The notes beneath the pieces are model-generated. The model did no database searches. It was not told the DNA's origin and saw only the letters and a list, made by a program, of their open reading frames with translations. This document shows, one piece after another, positions 20,344-30,649 of a stretch of DNA of 64,000 bases. Position numbers and translations under genes: made by a program. The stretch covers positions 8,313 through 72,312 of the IMG/VR virus record IMGVR_UViG_3300022927_000015; one strand, given 5' to 3'. The DNA is from a virus. Every line of letters starts with the position of its first letter. Position 1 is the first letter of the stretch.

Positions 20344-20386
20344 ATTTTCACTTTTTTTATTTATTCACCAAGATGGAAGTGAAAAT
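20344..20386 (-). promoter_or_regulatory. Late promoter inside a hairpin abutting the start codon
   Basis: ATTTTCACTT/AAGTGAAAAT 10-bp inverted repeat; AATAAATA in the loop; ATG 3 nt downstream. Confidence 0.6.
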
Positions 20387-20392
20387 CAAAGA

Positions 20393-23300
20393 TTAAAAGG
20401 AACTGCCTTCTTGCGCAAACCCTTGCGTTATACCACCACGGCTAGAAGATCCACCAGATCTAACAACATCATTTACTCTAGTGGCAGTAACAGAAGGGCT
20501 TAACTTAGTTAAAACTTTTTCTAAATCATTTAAACCTTTGGTAACTGTCTTTGATGGGAATACATCTAAATTAAGGTTATCTGAACGGAATTTAGCAAAC
20601 ACCTCAACATCATATTGATAGACATCCTGATTATCAGGGAATATATCAAATCCTATTCTTTTTGCATAAGTAACATTAACCGTTGAACCTGTACTATCAC
20701 CTGCAATATTTCCAAATCCACCTGCACTACCAGAACCAGTTCCAAAGTAATCGGTCATTCTATATTGAAATACCATCGGGATATTTATAGAATTCTGTTG
20801 ACCAAATCCAACAATCGTAGCAGACTGTATTGAATCACCACCTACTTGAATATTGTTATGGTCATCTGAAGAAATGAACAGATAAGATCCGCAACTTTCT
20901 TTACCTAAAGTATATTGATCAAATGTTTCAAACGCAGTTTTAACATTTCTACTATACCCAGCGCCGCCATTAACACTTTTTAATGCAATAAGAGATGATG
21001 CGGTCAATGAAGGGCTAGGTTGAATTAATTGACCTGTTGTAAAGCTTTGCCCAGCTAAAGCACCTGTAGTTGTTAATGTTTCTAATTCAACAATATTTTC
21101 ATTTAGGTAAATTGCCTGTTGCTTCCCCTTTGCCTGATCAGACTGTAATGGAATAAATTTTGAATGTCTAAATAAAACATTAGCAGTACCATTACCGTTA
21201 GAAGTACAATCTAAAGCACCTGGTATAGGGTCTCCTACATTTCCTAATGTTGTAGTATCTCCTGTAAATTGGATATATGCAGCTCTAAATGCATCCAAAT
21301 TTTGTATATATGGGTGAGTAATATGAATCTCTAGTGTTTCGTCACCAGTAGCAATTGGGTAAGTCCCTGCGGTTGTTGGTGCACCAGTAGCATCAAACCC
21401 ACCACCCCAAATAAATTCAGCCGGATCAATTGAAACTGTCCCTGTATCTCTACCGTAGAAATTTTCAGCAGAATCTAAATTAAATGTAAAGTCATTGTCT
21501 GGGTTGCGGTAATTGTAAAAGTTTTCCTCAGAAGAAACATCGCTATATCTACTATTAATAAATTGATTTTTATTCTGTGTTGATTGGAAAGGTGCTAAAG
21601 ATGTGGTCTGACCGTAACTCCAGTTACCATCCACAGTAGGATTAGTCAAAAGAACCGGTGTTAGGTCATATTTTCTAACAGTATTATAATCAGCATCGTC
21701 TGAAGTAAACGTTGCAACACCACTACTTTGATTAACCGAACTGTTATCTAACCATGAATAAGTAGCAGGTAAAATAGTACTACCCCCAGTTACCTCACTT
21801 ATTGTGTAATTAGGATTTTCTGATTGTTTAACCATGCGGCCTCTGTTACCGGCAATCCTAGAAATTAATCTTAGTCCAGTTTGTTCATTATTGGCTAAGT
21901 TAATAAAGAATGTTTTAGATATAATAGCCCCTCTAGGATCATCTAGGTTAGATACTTCTTGGGAATAAAAACCAGCAAAAACTTTAGTTAAAGAATTTCT
22001 CTTAAGGTTAGTTACATTACCTTGATCATCAATTAAAGTAACAACCAAATTACCTTGAGCATTTCTAAGTATTTCAGCAAACTCGTCTAAACGATTTTGC
22101 ATTTCTTGTAGCTTAGTAAATAGATCAATTGGCGTTTGGTTCTCAGATAAGAAACCTGATGCAATAACCGGTGTTGAGTGAGCAAAATAAGTTTCGTTTG
22201 CAGTAAATGAACTACTTAAATGCTGGTCAATACCTTTTGCATTTAGATCTTCTTCAAGACTTACTTTAGCCAAATCTTGTTGGTTCTGATTTAGTATTGC
22301 CTCGGTTGCATTATCCGAACTTAAGTCAGCTGGGAATTGAATTATAACTGGATTAGACCAAGAACTCTCTAATGGGTTTGATGGCCATCCTGCTTCACTT
22401 ATTGATTTAACCTGTACCTCTACCTGTTCACCCTTTCTAATTGGTATGTCTAACTGGTTAATATTTACTGAATCTGCATTATCTGCATCAATTGCAATCC
22501 ATTCATATGTACCTGTGATTGGGTTTCTTTCTCTAGGCCTAAGGGTACTTTCAACTATATTATAATTAGAAAATGCACCTTGGCTTTTTCCAGACCCATC
22601 AGTAAAAGTAAACTGATCTACCGGGTTGGCTGCACCATCACTTGATAGGTATCGGTATCTTATCTTAAACTTAACGATTGACTGTGTACCGGTAGCTGGT
22701 GTAGATTTTTCCTGTGGCATTGGCCAAAAACCTCTAGCCCTATATTTAGGTGTTATGCTTGATACTGAATTATCTTTAGATTTAGCATCTATCTCCTTTA
22801 CAACGGATGAATACAGTTGCGCCTGCGAAGATCTCTCTGTAATTAAACCTTGTAATGCATTCTTATCAGCATCTCTTTCAACCTCAGTAGAATAATTAGT
22901 TGTTTGTATCTTTGTTCTACTCTGTGCTATAGCACCATCTAATTCTTTAAGAGTAGCTTCAATGGTATTCTTTTGATTATTTAAATCTGTTAATTCTATA
23001 ATTGCTGGAGAATCACTAACTTGCCCATTAATTAACTTAACATTAAAATCGTCAATCGTCAATTCAGGCGCATTTGGAATAATACCCTCCCTTGTTGTTG
23101 GAATCTTATCATCAGCAAAAGATAATAGCATCGAACCAAAATCAATTGCACTCTGTTGGTAATATTCAGCTAAAGTCTGTTCTACACCTGCGGCATTTAT
23201 GGTAGTTAATGTATTTGTATAAAATGCACTACCCGGTGACCAATTAACAGATGGAATTTTTGAATCTGGATCTATAGGCTTAACGAAAGTAACACATCTT

Positions 23301-24277
23301 TCATTAAATCCTACCGTTACATCAACCTGTACATTATCTTCTAATGCAGAAGATATTTTTAAAATGTCAGCACCAATTCTAATAGGCTCGGATCCTTCAA
23401 CCAATTCCAATATAACTGTATTTGTACTAGAATCAATTTTAGTAATTCTATATCTTGTATTAATAGGATCGGTAATAACCTCAAGACTATCTCCTACTGC
23501 AAGCTGTACCGTGTCGTCAAAATCGGCCTCTGCATCAGTATAAAAAAGTTTATTTAGTTTATATTGTTTCTTTTGAGAAGTGACCGTAACACCGTTAATT
23601 TCCTCTGTAACAGTGGCATCTGATATTCTAACGACGCTGAAGTTGCCAGTATATCTTTTAACTCTAGGTGGTAGATCAACAACAGCTTCATCCAATACAT
23701 ATGAAATATTTCTCTCTACAATTTGTTGTAAAAAGGTATCATAATTAATGTCTGCCCGACCTTCAAAATTATTAGTAAAGTAATTAACTTTAGCTTGTGT
23801 ATTGGTATTAAGAATAAATCTTTGTATGATTGCTCTTTCAGTATCAATAGGTACCTGTCCAGTTAAATCAAATGAAATGTATAAGAGTGGGTTGATTAAC
23901 TCTTCAAAAAACCAATTAGGTTTAATGTTAAAGTTTTCAATTGAATTAATAGATGTTAAGCTATTTGCTTCTGTTGGTAACTTTGCTAAAACTAATTTTC
24001 TAAATGTACCATCGGAAAGTCTAATTGAACTGTTCGAACCATTGACATTAGTAATTGTATTAATATTAGATTGAAGTCTATCTACAGAGTTCTTAAGAAA
24101 ACCGAAACTAGGAATAGTAACCCTGGAATTTGTACCATCATTATTTTGAATATTGATAGTAACCGATTCATTACTAGAAGTAATGGCCTGATTAACCTTC
24201 TCAAAACTTTCTAAAGAATTATTGAATAACCTTAAAAGTTCAGGTAAGAGAGTTGATATAGAATTATTTTCAGCCAT
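20393..24277 (-). CDS. Large virion structural protein
   Basis: 1294 aa; central coiled coil and FN3-like segment (VEVQVKSISEAGWPSNP); late promoter 24300-24307. Confidence 0.65.
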   Translation of the reverse strand: MAENNSISTLLPELLRLFNNSLESFEKVNQAITSSNESVTINIQNNDGTNSRVTIPSFGFLKNSVDRLQSNINTITNVNGSNSSIRLSDGTFRKLVLAKLPTEANSLTSINSIENFNIKPNWFFEELINPLLYISFDLTGQVPIDTERAIIQRFILNTNTQAKVNYFTNNFEGRADINYDTFLQQIVERNISYVLDEAVVDLPPRVKRYTGNFSVVRISDATVTEEINGVTVTSQKKQYKLNKLFYTDAEADFDDTVQLAVGDSLEVITDPINTRYRITKIDSSTNTVILELVEGSEPIRIGADILKISSALEDNVQVDVTVGFNERCVTFVKPIDPDSKIPSVNWSPGSAFYTNTLTTINAAGVEQTLAEYYQQSAIDFGSMLLSFADDKIPTTREGIIPNAPELTIDDFNVKLINGQVSDSPAIIELTDLNNQKNTIEATLKELDGAIAQSRTKIQTTNYSTEVERDADKNALQGLITERSSQAQLYSSVVKEIDAKSKDNSVSSITPKYRARGFWPMPQEKSTPATGTQSIVKFKIRYRYLSSDGAANPVDQFTFTDGSGKSQGAFSNYNIVESTLRPRERNPITGTYEWIAIDADNADSVNINQLDIPIRKGEQVEVQVKSISEAGWPSNPLESSWSNPVIIQFPADLSSDNATEAILNQNQQDLAKVSLEEDLNAKGIDQHLSSSFTANETYFAHSTPVIASGFLSENQTPIDLFTKLQEMQNRLDEFAEILRNAQGNLVVTLIDDQGNVTNLKRNSLTKVFAGFYSQEVSNLDDPRGAIISKTFFINLANNEQTGLRLISRIAGNRGRMVKQSENPNYTISEVTGGSTILPATYSWLDNSSVNQSSGVATFTSDDADYNTVRKYDLTPVLLTNPTVDGNWSYGQTTSLAPFQSTQNKNQFINSRYSDVSSEENFYNYRNPDNDFTFNLDSAENFYGRDTGTVSIDPAEFIWGGGFDATGAPTTAGTYPIATGDETLEIHITHPYIQNLDAFRAAYIQFTGDTTTLGNVGDPIPGALDCTSNGNGTANVLFRHSKFIPLQSDQAKGKQQAIYLNENIVELETLTTTGALAGQSFTTGQLIQPSPSLTASSLIALKSVNGGAGYSRNVKTAFETFDQYTLGKESCGSYLFISSDDHNNIQVGGDSIQSATIVGFGQQNSINIPMVFQYRMTDYFGTGSGSAGGFGNIAGDSTGSTVNVTYAKRIGFDIFPDNQDVYQYDVEVFAKFRSDNLNLDVFPSKTVTKGLNDLEKVLTKLSPSVTATRVNDVVRSGGSSSRGGITQGFAQEGSSF

Positions 24278-24302
24278 TATTATCTTTACGTTCTTTTATT
24301 AT

Positions 24303-26420
24303 TTATTTAATGATATCATATACGAAATTCAGAGTACCTTGTTCTGTACATATAAATTCAATTATAGGTTTCTCTGTAATATCAGAGTTTGTAATGACTC
24401 CCATAGATACTCCAAATGAACCGTTATTTAGTCTACTTGGTGCATCAGTCCAAACACGAATATTCCTAGAACCTATATTAAGATTATTATTGAATGTTAA
24501 TCTAAGAGTTTGACCAGTCTTCCATTGTATATCAGTATCATCAATGTAAATATTCAAATCACCGCCTGCTTGATTTACAGTATCTAATCTTAACATATTA
24601 GTATAAGTAACTAAATCAGCAAATACTTGTGGAATTGCTTGATTAAGATCAAGAGGGTTAGCAGTTGTTATAGTAACCTCATCTGCGTTGTAAGGTATCA
24701 TAAAATTGTATTCCTGTGTTGCTAATGAAATAGTAACAAGATTAGGTGTGTTAGTATCAACCTTAATACCAGTACCTTGTCTAATTACATCAGTGTTATA
24801 CTGTAAAGTAATTGGTACATTACCTGTAGCCAATGCCTGTATTTCATCTGAGTTTTTAGCAATAAGATCTAACAAAACAGTATCATTAGCAAAAGCAAGA
24901 TTAGCTGCATCCAATTGATCCTGGACACTGTTAATCTGAGCCTGTAATGAAGTCACATCGGATACGTTGGCAATTTGATTTTCTAGAGATTGTACCTTTT
25001 GGTCAATCTTTGATATTTCTAATTGCTGCGTCTGGAATATTTTTGCAGATTCTTGTAATTGTGCAGTCGCTTCACTGAAGAGCTGCATTGAAAATGTATT
25101 ATAGTCATTAACGATTGTGTCGATACCGGCCGTTCCTGGTGAAGCATCAAATCGTAAATTAATTTTAAATCCATAACTGTTTCCGTTTTGCCCGGTAACT
25201 TTATTTGGTTTAAACTTAGGATATCTCTGAATGTAACCACCATCAGTTGTTGGAGTAATGTTATCAACAAGAAGAATACCGTATAGGTTAGTAACCGTAT
25301 TTGAAGTATTACTTGTATCAACTAAATCATAATAGACCAACACGGTATTAAATTCAAATGTACCTGCAAGATCAGTTCCATTAAATTGTGCAATAGTAGA
25401 TATTGTAGGGTCCGATGCAATTTGCTCATAATCACCTGGTGTGAAGTCTACTGAGATACCATCAAGCTCAGATCTAACGTAAGCAGATCCACTATATCCA
25501 GCAGGACTTCCATAATCTGCCGGGTATTTTCTAATGTTAGCATTGTTAGCACTAATAAACGAACCAGGTTCAGTAAAATATGAATCTGTTGATGTTGGCG
25601 GATTAGGCTCATTCATCCAGTTTGCATTGGGATCGGTATACCCACCGTTAATACCTGGGCCTAAGAGAGGTTGATCATAATCATAGAATGCATTAATACT
25701 TAACCCTTGTGGATGTATTGTACTAGCATTTCTACCTAATATAAATTCATCCTTGCCTTGTATTCTTAAACTAGGCTGGTAATTTAAATCTGAAATTGAG
25801 TCAAACAAAACAGTTGGAGTTTTACCAACTTCAGTAGGAACATTAATATAAAGTTCAGTGTAAGCTTCTCCTGCTTTATCAACATTATTAACAATATCAA
25901 TATCTCCTATGTATTGTACAACCTTTCTATATTGTCTAGGTCCTGTTAACTGTTGATCTTCTTCAACAAATAAAGGCCTTGTAATACTTGGTGTTTTTTC
26001 AAGATTAGTGGCTTCTCTAAATCGGATAGCACCAGTTTCTTTTAGCCACTTAAAGAAAACACGTTCGGCAACAGATCTTTGGATAGTATTATCATATCCT
26101 GCATCACTTATAATTAACTCTTCTAAATTTAGCGCATAATTTTGAAGGCTTTCTGTAAAGTTAACATTAGGATCTCCTTTTAACCCACCACTTGCAATCA
26201 TACCGTCTATGGTATCAAATTGCATATAGTTTTCATAATTACTAAATGTATTAGGATCAAGTCTATCAAAGTCAGGCAAATTCAAAAGCACAAACTTAGA
26301 AAAGACTAACTTAAGGCTGTCATTATTAAGTGTCTTTGATAAATCTCGTGCAGAAGAAGAGAAGGTGTAAAAAGTACCTCCTTCAGCCTGCGGCGTTTTA
26401 ATTAAAGGCGTGGTTGCCAT
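24303..26420 (-). CDS. Virion structural protein
   Basis: 705 aa; GGTFYTFSS N-terminus; coiled coil; structural context. Confidence 0.65.
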   Translation of the reverse strand: MATTPLIKTPQAEGGTFYTFSSSARDLSKTLNNDSLKLVFSKFVLLNLPDFDRLDPNTFSNYENYMQFDTIDGMIASGGLKGDPNVNFTESLQNYALNLEELIISDAGYDNTIQRSVAERVFFKWLKETGAIRFREATNLEKTPSITRPLFVEEDQQLTGPRQYRKVVQYIGDIDIVNNVDKAGEAYTELYINVPTEVGKTPTVLFDSISDLNYQPSLRIQGKDEFILGRNASTIHPQGLSINAFYDYDQPLLGPGINGGYTDPNANWMNEPNPPTSTDSYFTEPGSFISANNANIRKYPADYGSPAGYSGSAYVRSELDGISVDFTPGDYEQIASDPTISTIAQFNGTDLAGTFEFNTVLVYYDLVDTSNTSNTVTNLYGILLVDNITPTTDGGYIQRYPKFKPNKVTGQNGNSYGFKINLRFDASPGTAGIDTIVNDYNTFSMQLFSEATAQLQESAKIFQTQQLEISKIDQKVQSLENQIANVSDVTSLQAQINSVQDQLDAANLAFANDTVLLDLIAKNSDEIQALATGNVPITLQYNTDVIRQGTGIKVDTNTPNLVTISLATQEYNFMIPYNADEVTITTANPLDLNQAIPQVFADLVTYTNMLRLDTVNQAGGDLNIYIDDTDIQWKTGQTLRLTFNNNLNIGSRNIRVWTDAPSRLNNGSFGVSMGVITNSDITEKPIIEFICTEQGTLNFVYDIIK

Positions 26421-26437
26421 GTATTACTTTCTTTTTA

Positions 26438-27085
26438 TTAACTAATTGTATATCCTACTCCACCAACTAAGTACCAATCACCATTTCCTGTTCCATCATC
26501 AACACATACAAGGTGAACCGATTGACCTTGAGCATCTAATGTCAAGGTTGGTGTACCGCCTGCACCAGGAAGAATTAAAGGATTAACTGCACCTTTAATA
26601 TCTACTGCTCCAGTTTGTGCTTCAGAATAGACAAAGAATATTTCTTGACCAATGACACCATCATTAAGTAAAACTGTAATAGCTGTACCTGTGGAATTAC
26701 CTACTCTTTCAATAGTATACGGTGGAACTGCTGTGCTTGTTCCAACATTAATAGGTGATCCTCCAGCAAAAGTATCATTTAATGTTTGTGGATCCACATC
26801 GTTTCTAACCAAACCTCCACCGTTAAGGTTAAGATTTCCTGTCATATTAACATTGGTTAAAACATCAAAGGTGGATGCATTAATGTCTAAGTAGATTGTA
26901 CTCAAACCAACTCTTAATGATTCTGTTTTAAGATCATTAAGATTAGTAATAGTACCAGCAGTTGGGTTAAAGTAAACCTCCATTGCATTAATCTCACTTG
27001 TCAAGATATTAAAGTTATCGTTTAATACCAGTCTAGATCCGGATAATGAATCTGTTCCAAGAATTTCTGTTACGCTAATTGCCAT
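26438..27085 (-). CDS. Short fibre/baseplate-associated protein
   Basis: ISVTEILGTDSLSGSRLVLNDNF N-terminus parallels that of the 940-aa fibre. Confidence 0.6.
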   Translation of the reverse strand: MAISVTEILGTDSLSGSRLVLNDNFNILTSEINAMEVYFNPTAGTITNLNDLKTESLRVGLSTIYLDINASTFDVLTNVNMTGNLNLNGGGLVRNDVDPQTLNDTFAGGSPINVGTSTAVPPYTIERVGNSTGTAITVLLNDGVIGQEIFFVYSEAQTGAVDIKGAVNPLILPGAGGTPTLTLDAQGQSVHLVCVDDGTGNGDWYLVGGVGYTIS

Positions 27086-27092
27086 TTCTTTG

Positions 27093-30000
27093 TTATTTTA
27101 TTACCAGGATATTCCTACCCTTTTTATATTTATTCCCGTTCGTGTCTGTAAGTTCAAGAGTGATCTCATATTTACCTGGATGCTTAAACAGATAAGTCAA
27201 GTATTTACTCTCAAAATATATATCGGCCACTCTAGAGTTAGTAGTATTCTTAATTATCCATCTAGGATTAGCCTTACCAGGTATCTTACATTTATCATAA
27301 ACAAACATCAACCAAGTCATCTTAGGTAATGTCTTTCCGTTATTTATAAACTTAGCAGTATTCCATGTTGGGTTACTTGCTTTATGTAATCCTTTTCTAT
27401 AAATTAAACTAGGACACCCAGTAGATCCAGTAGATCCAGTTGATCCAGTATTTCCTGTAGATGGGCATACTCTACTACCATCTGCATATACAATATCAAT
27501 GTATGTCCAATCACCATGTACTCCAAAATATCTACATACAGCTTGTATAAATTTTTGATTATTGCTTGCATCATATACTACATTATAAACATACTTATTA
27601 ATGATAGGATCTTTACTAACATTTAAACTTGATGCAGCTTGTGCCAATGTAGTAGTACTTAAATCAAAATAATGCTCGGCAGTATTACCTTTAGTGTCAG
27701 TGATCTTAAGATAAGTATCAGGTATTACTTCAGAAAATTGGAAAAACGCCGGTGTATCCCCGGTTGTACTAGTCATATCCCACCATAAGTGATAGGTATC
27801 ATTCCAACCTCCTATATCTAAGTTATCCCAGAAATACGGTCCTGAAAAACTAGCCTTACCATCATCTTGGTAATTAAGTAATTGGAAGTCAGGAGATGAC
27901 CCTAATCCAAAATTATTCAGTATAGCATTAACACGATCTAACGATTCATATAGGCTAGGAGTTTCTTCTTCCCAAGTAATTGCAGGCTCTATAGGCAAAT
28001 TCCAGTATGAACCATAATCATTCCACTTAAATTTTCCTTCGCTTGACCATGTATAATTTTCTTTACGTGATTGATACCAACCTGAGTATTCAACCTCCCT
28101 GCTTTCAACACAAATAAAATCAGTCTTAACCTTAGAAGATATGTTATTATACAAATCATATAATTTCATTTCAACCGTATAGGTTCCTACATAAGGTAAG
28201 ATTACAGGTAATTTGCTATAGTCTGCAATAGGTCCTCTTATGACTTCAAAATATGCAGGAGATATATCAGTCTCGTCTTTAAATATAGTCCATTCTATTT
28301 CATCAAAATTTCCACGCTCAATAGCATCCCAGGTAAATAAAGTCTCCCCTGGTAACTGCTTAAATAATAATTGTGATCCAACAACAGATTGACATGTTAC
28401 TTTTAATCTATCTACGTTTTGGCCGAATACTCTAACCACATCACCAGTAACAGTATTCTCTTTACTTATATCCCAAAATACCCAAGGATCAACAAATGAA
28501 GTTTTAAGAGCAATCAATTGACTATATAAATTATTAACTACATCAGTATCAGTATCTCCACCAACAGCAGTATATGTTGCACCTGTATTAGTGTCAGGAT
28601 CATTGATTGTAAATATGTCACCTGCTGCTATACCTTGTGGGTCTATATCAAATGAAAAGAATTTATTGGCATCATTTAATTGATTCCATGTTAAGTCAAT
28701 ATTGTTCCATGTTAATGTATTAAATGAAGTATTCTCTAATGTTGTTAATGCACCAACAGGAATTCCAGGTTTGTCAGGTAGATACCAAGAAGATTCGCCA
28801 TCGGGCCATGCACCTATTTTATTTAACTTAGGGGCATACCTAGTAAAGTATCCAACGAAGGCATCAGCCAATGCTTGCACTGTTACATTGGCTCCATCAA
28901 ACGGTGCTCCCATAGGATCATTAAAATCAGGTCCTATAGGCGGTGGTGGGTATATAGTTCCAGTGTTAACTGGGCCTGCTATAATATTTCTACCAACACC
29001 AGTTGTGAAAGGGGCTACATAAGCATTACAGAAATTAACAATGGCTTCATCTACTATTGCTTCACTTCCCAAACAAAAAGAAGAAAAACTTCTAAGATCT
29101 TCTATGTAAATACAATCATCAGTTGACAGTTTAAAATTTGCATCTATACCAGCAACTATTTCTCTCTTATCATTTCTACTTATTGTATTTACTACCTCCA
29201 ATAAACCAAAGAAATCTGCCTCACCAGTAATATCCTTAATATGAGCATTAAGTGGTAAGAATTCTTTTTCTAATTTTTTCTTAAGACCGAATAGCTTAAT
29301 TAAGATTTCTTCAATAGTAAAATCAAAGTTTTCTTCAGTTATTGGTAAATCTTCAATATCATATTTATCAGGTACAATATTATTGATTCTATAAACAAGA
29401 CTAAATAGGCTAGTTTTTCTAAACCTCTTATTAGGTAAAGTTATACTCTTGTCATTATAATTAACAGTTGGATCAAATACACTAATGTTATTACCTTGAA
29501 CATATTTTCCAAACTGTGGAGAATTTGCATCTACATTTTTCCAGAATTCTTTTACTTGTAATGTATCATAACCAAAAAACTTAATAGCATTTACCAAACC
29601 TTTATATGAACCTATGAAAGGGTATACATTAGAACCTTCTAACATTATCTCCTTTCTCTTTAGGTTAACCTCCATGTAATCAGGTAATAGTTCTTTAATG
29701 TTAGTATCTCTAAATACACTACTATCAGATTCCAATATATTATAACCCATATTCTGTGTCATAACCTTTAAGCGCTCATCTTCTCCAACAGTTTCACCCC
29801 ATACTAAAATTTCTGCAATAACTGCATCAGTACACTTATCCTTAATTAAAAGAGTTCTTTTAAAAGTATTTTCAGTTTCAGATCTGATTGCAAAATTAAT
29901 TTGTAATGCCTCTGATGTAATCTTATCTGTAATGGTTAATCCGCTTGGGTCTACTGTTTCTGTAGGATCATAATCTAATGGAATGTCTAATGCACTTATG

Positions 30001-30377
30001 ATTTCTAGTGGTGGCCCATCCTGTTCCATCTCTAATGATGTCTGGGTTCCGGTATCAAAATCCATATCAAACTGGAATAAAAAGATTTCCGTTGGGTCTG
30101 ATGTTTGCCATTCAGCTACCCATTCACAAACGCCATTAGTTGCACCTGTAGTTCCACTAGGTACTTCAATACCATGAGGGAATCCGAATTTCTTAGTGCT
30201 TGTATTTGAATCTATAAATTCTTCAAGTATAAATAATTGACCCACTTCAAATAACCCGATAGATACCTCAGGAAGGTAAACGGTACCAGTCCATTTATCT
30301 GAAGAAGCATCATAATCAAAATTATAATACTTCCCATTCTTATCAAAGAAATTTAAATATTGCCAATTATTAGCCAT
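27093..30377 (-). CDS. Baseplate wedge-like protein (gp7-like) with PKD-like domains
   Basis: GSYKGLVNAIKFFGY (baseplate tail-I-like motif); GTYTVEMKLYD and GKYEITLELTD strands; lies near gp6. Confidence 0.6.
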   Translation of the reverse strand: MANNWQYLNFFDKNGKYYNFDYDASSDKWTGTVYLPEVSIGLFEVGQLFILEEFIDSNTSTKKFGFPHGIEVPSGTTGATNGVCEWVAEWQTSDPTEIFLFQFDMDFDTGTQTSLEMEQDGPPLEIISALDIPLDYDPTETVDPSGLTITDKITSEALQINFAIRSETENTFKRTLLIKDKCTDAVIAEILVWGETVGEDERLKVMTQNMGYNILESDSSVFRDTNIKELLPDYMEVNLKRKEIMLEGSNVYPFIGSYKGLVNAIKFFGYDTLQVKEFWKNVDANSPQFGKYVQGNNISVFDPTVNYNDKSITLPNKRFRKTSLFSLVYRINNIVPDKYDIEDLPITEENFDFTIEEILIKLFGLKKKLEKEFLPLNAHIKDITGEADFFGLLEVVNTISRNDKREIVAGIDANFKLSTDDCIYIEDLRSFSSFCLGSEAIVDEAIVNFCNAYVAPFTTGVGRNIIAGPVNTGTIYPPPPIGPDFNDPMGAPFDGANVTVQALADAFVGYFTRYAPKLNKIGAWPDGESSWYLPDKPGIPVGALTTLENTSFNTLTWNNIDLTWNQLNDANKFFSFDIDPQGIAAGDIFTINDPDTNTGATYTAVGGDTDTDVVNNLYSQLIALKTSFVDPWVFWDISKENTVTGDVVRVFGQNVDRLKVTCQSVVGSQLLFKQLPGETLFTWDAIERGNFDEIEWTIFKDETDISPAYFEVIRGPIADYSKLPVILPYVGTYTVEMKLYDLYNNISSKVKTDFICVESREVEYSGWYQSRKENYTWSSEGKFKWNDYGSYWNLPIEPAITWEEETPSLYESLDRVNAILNNFGLGSSPDFQLLNYQDDGKASFSGPYFWDNLDIGGWNDTYHLWWDMTSTTGDTPAFFQFSEVIPDTYLKITDTKGNTAEHYFDLSTTTLAQAASSLNVSKDPIINKYVYNVVYDASNNQKFIQAVCRYFGVHGDWTYIDIVYADGSRVCPSTGNTGSTGSTGSTGCPSLIYRKGLHKASNPTWNTAKFINNGKTLPKMTWLMFVYDKCKIPGKANPRWIIKNTTNSRVADIYFESKYLTYLFKHPGKYEITLELTDTNGNKYKKGRNILVIK
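27418..27462. repeat. 5x9-bp imperfect tandem repeat encoding STGNTGSTGSTGSTG
   Basis: ccagtagat-type units. Confidence 0.85.
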
Positions 30378-30378
30378 C

Positions 30379-30648
30379 TTAATTTATTTTTTGATAGTCT
30401 TTAGGTACACCAAAGTTATAATAGATTCTAAGGTACTTTACTTTGTTTATCCAAAACAGCATAATAGGTCCTAAGTAATCATTTAAGAAATCGGCTAATC
30501 TATGATTCCTAAACATGTAATTTGAAAAGGAATTTTTCATTAAGTTTTCGTTATAGTCATTACCTAAATTTTTTAGATCCCACCCTTCTTCATAAGTAGC
30601 TTTATAAACACTAGGCATTCCCTTTCTTCTTTCTGTAAATGTATTCAT
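30379..30648 (-). CDS. Hypothetical baseplate-region protein
   Basis: 89 aa, tightly packed in the operon. Confidence 0.6.
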   Translation of the reverse strand: MNTFTERRKGMPSVYKATYEEGWDLKNLGNDYNENLMKNSFSNYMFRNHRLADFLNDYLGPIMLFWINKVKYLRIYYNFGVPKDYQKIN

Positions 30649-30649
30649 A

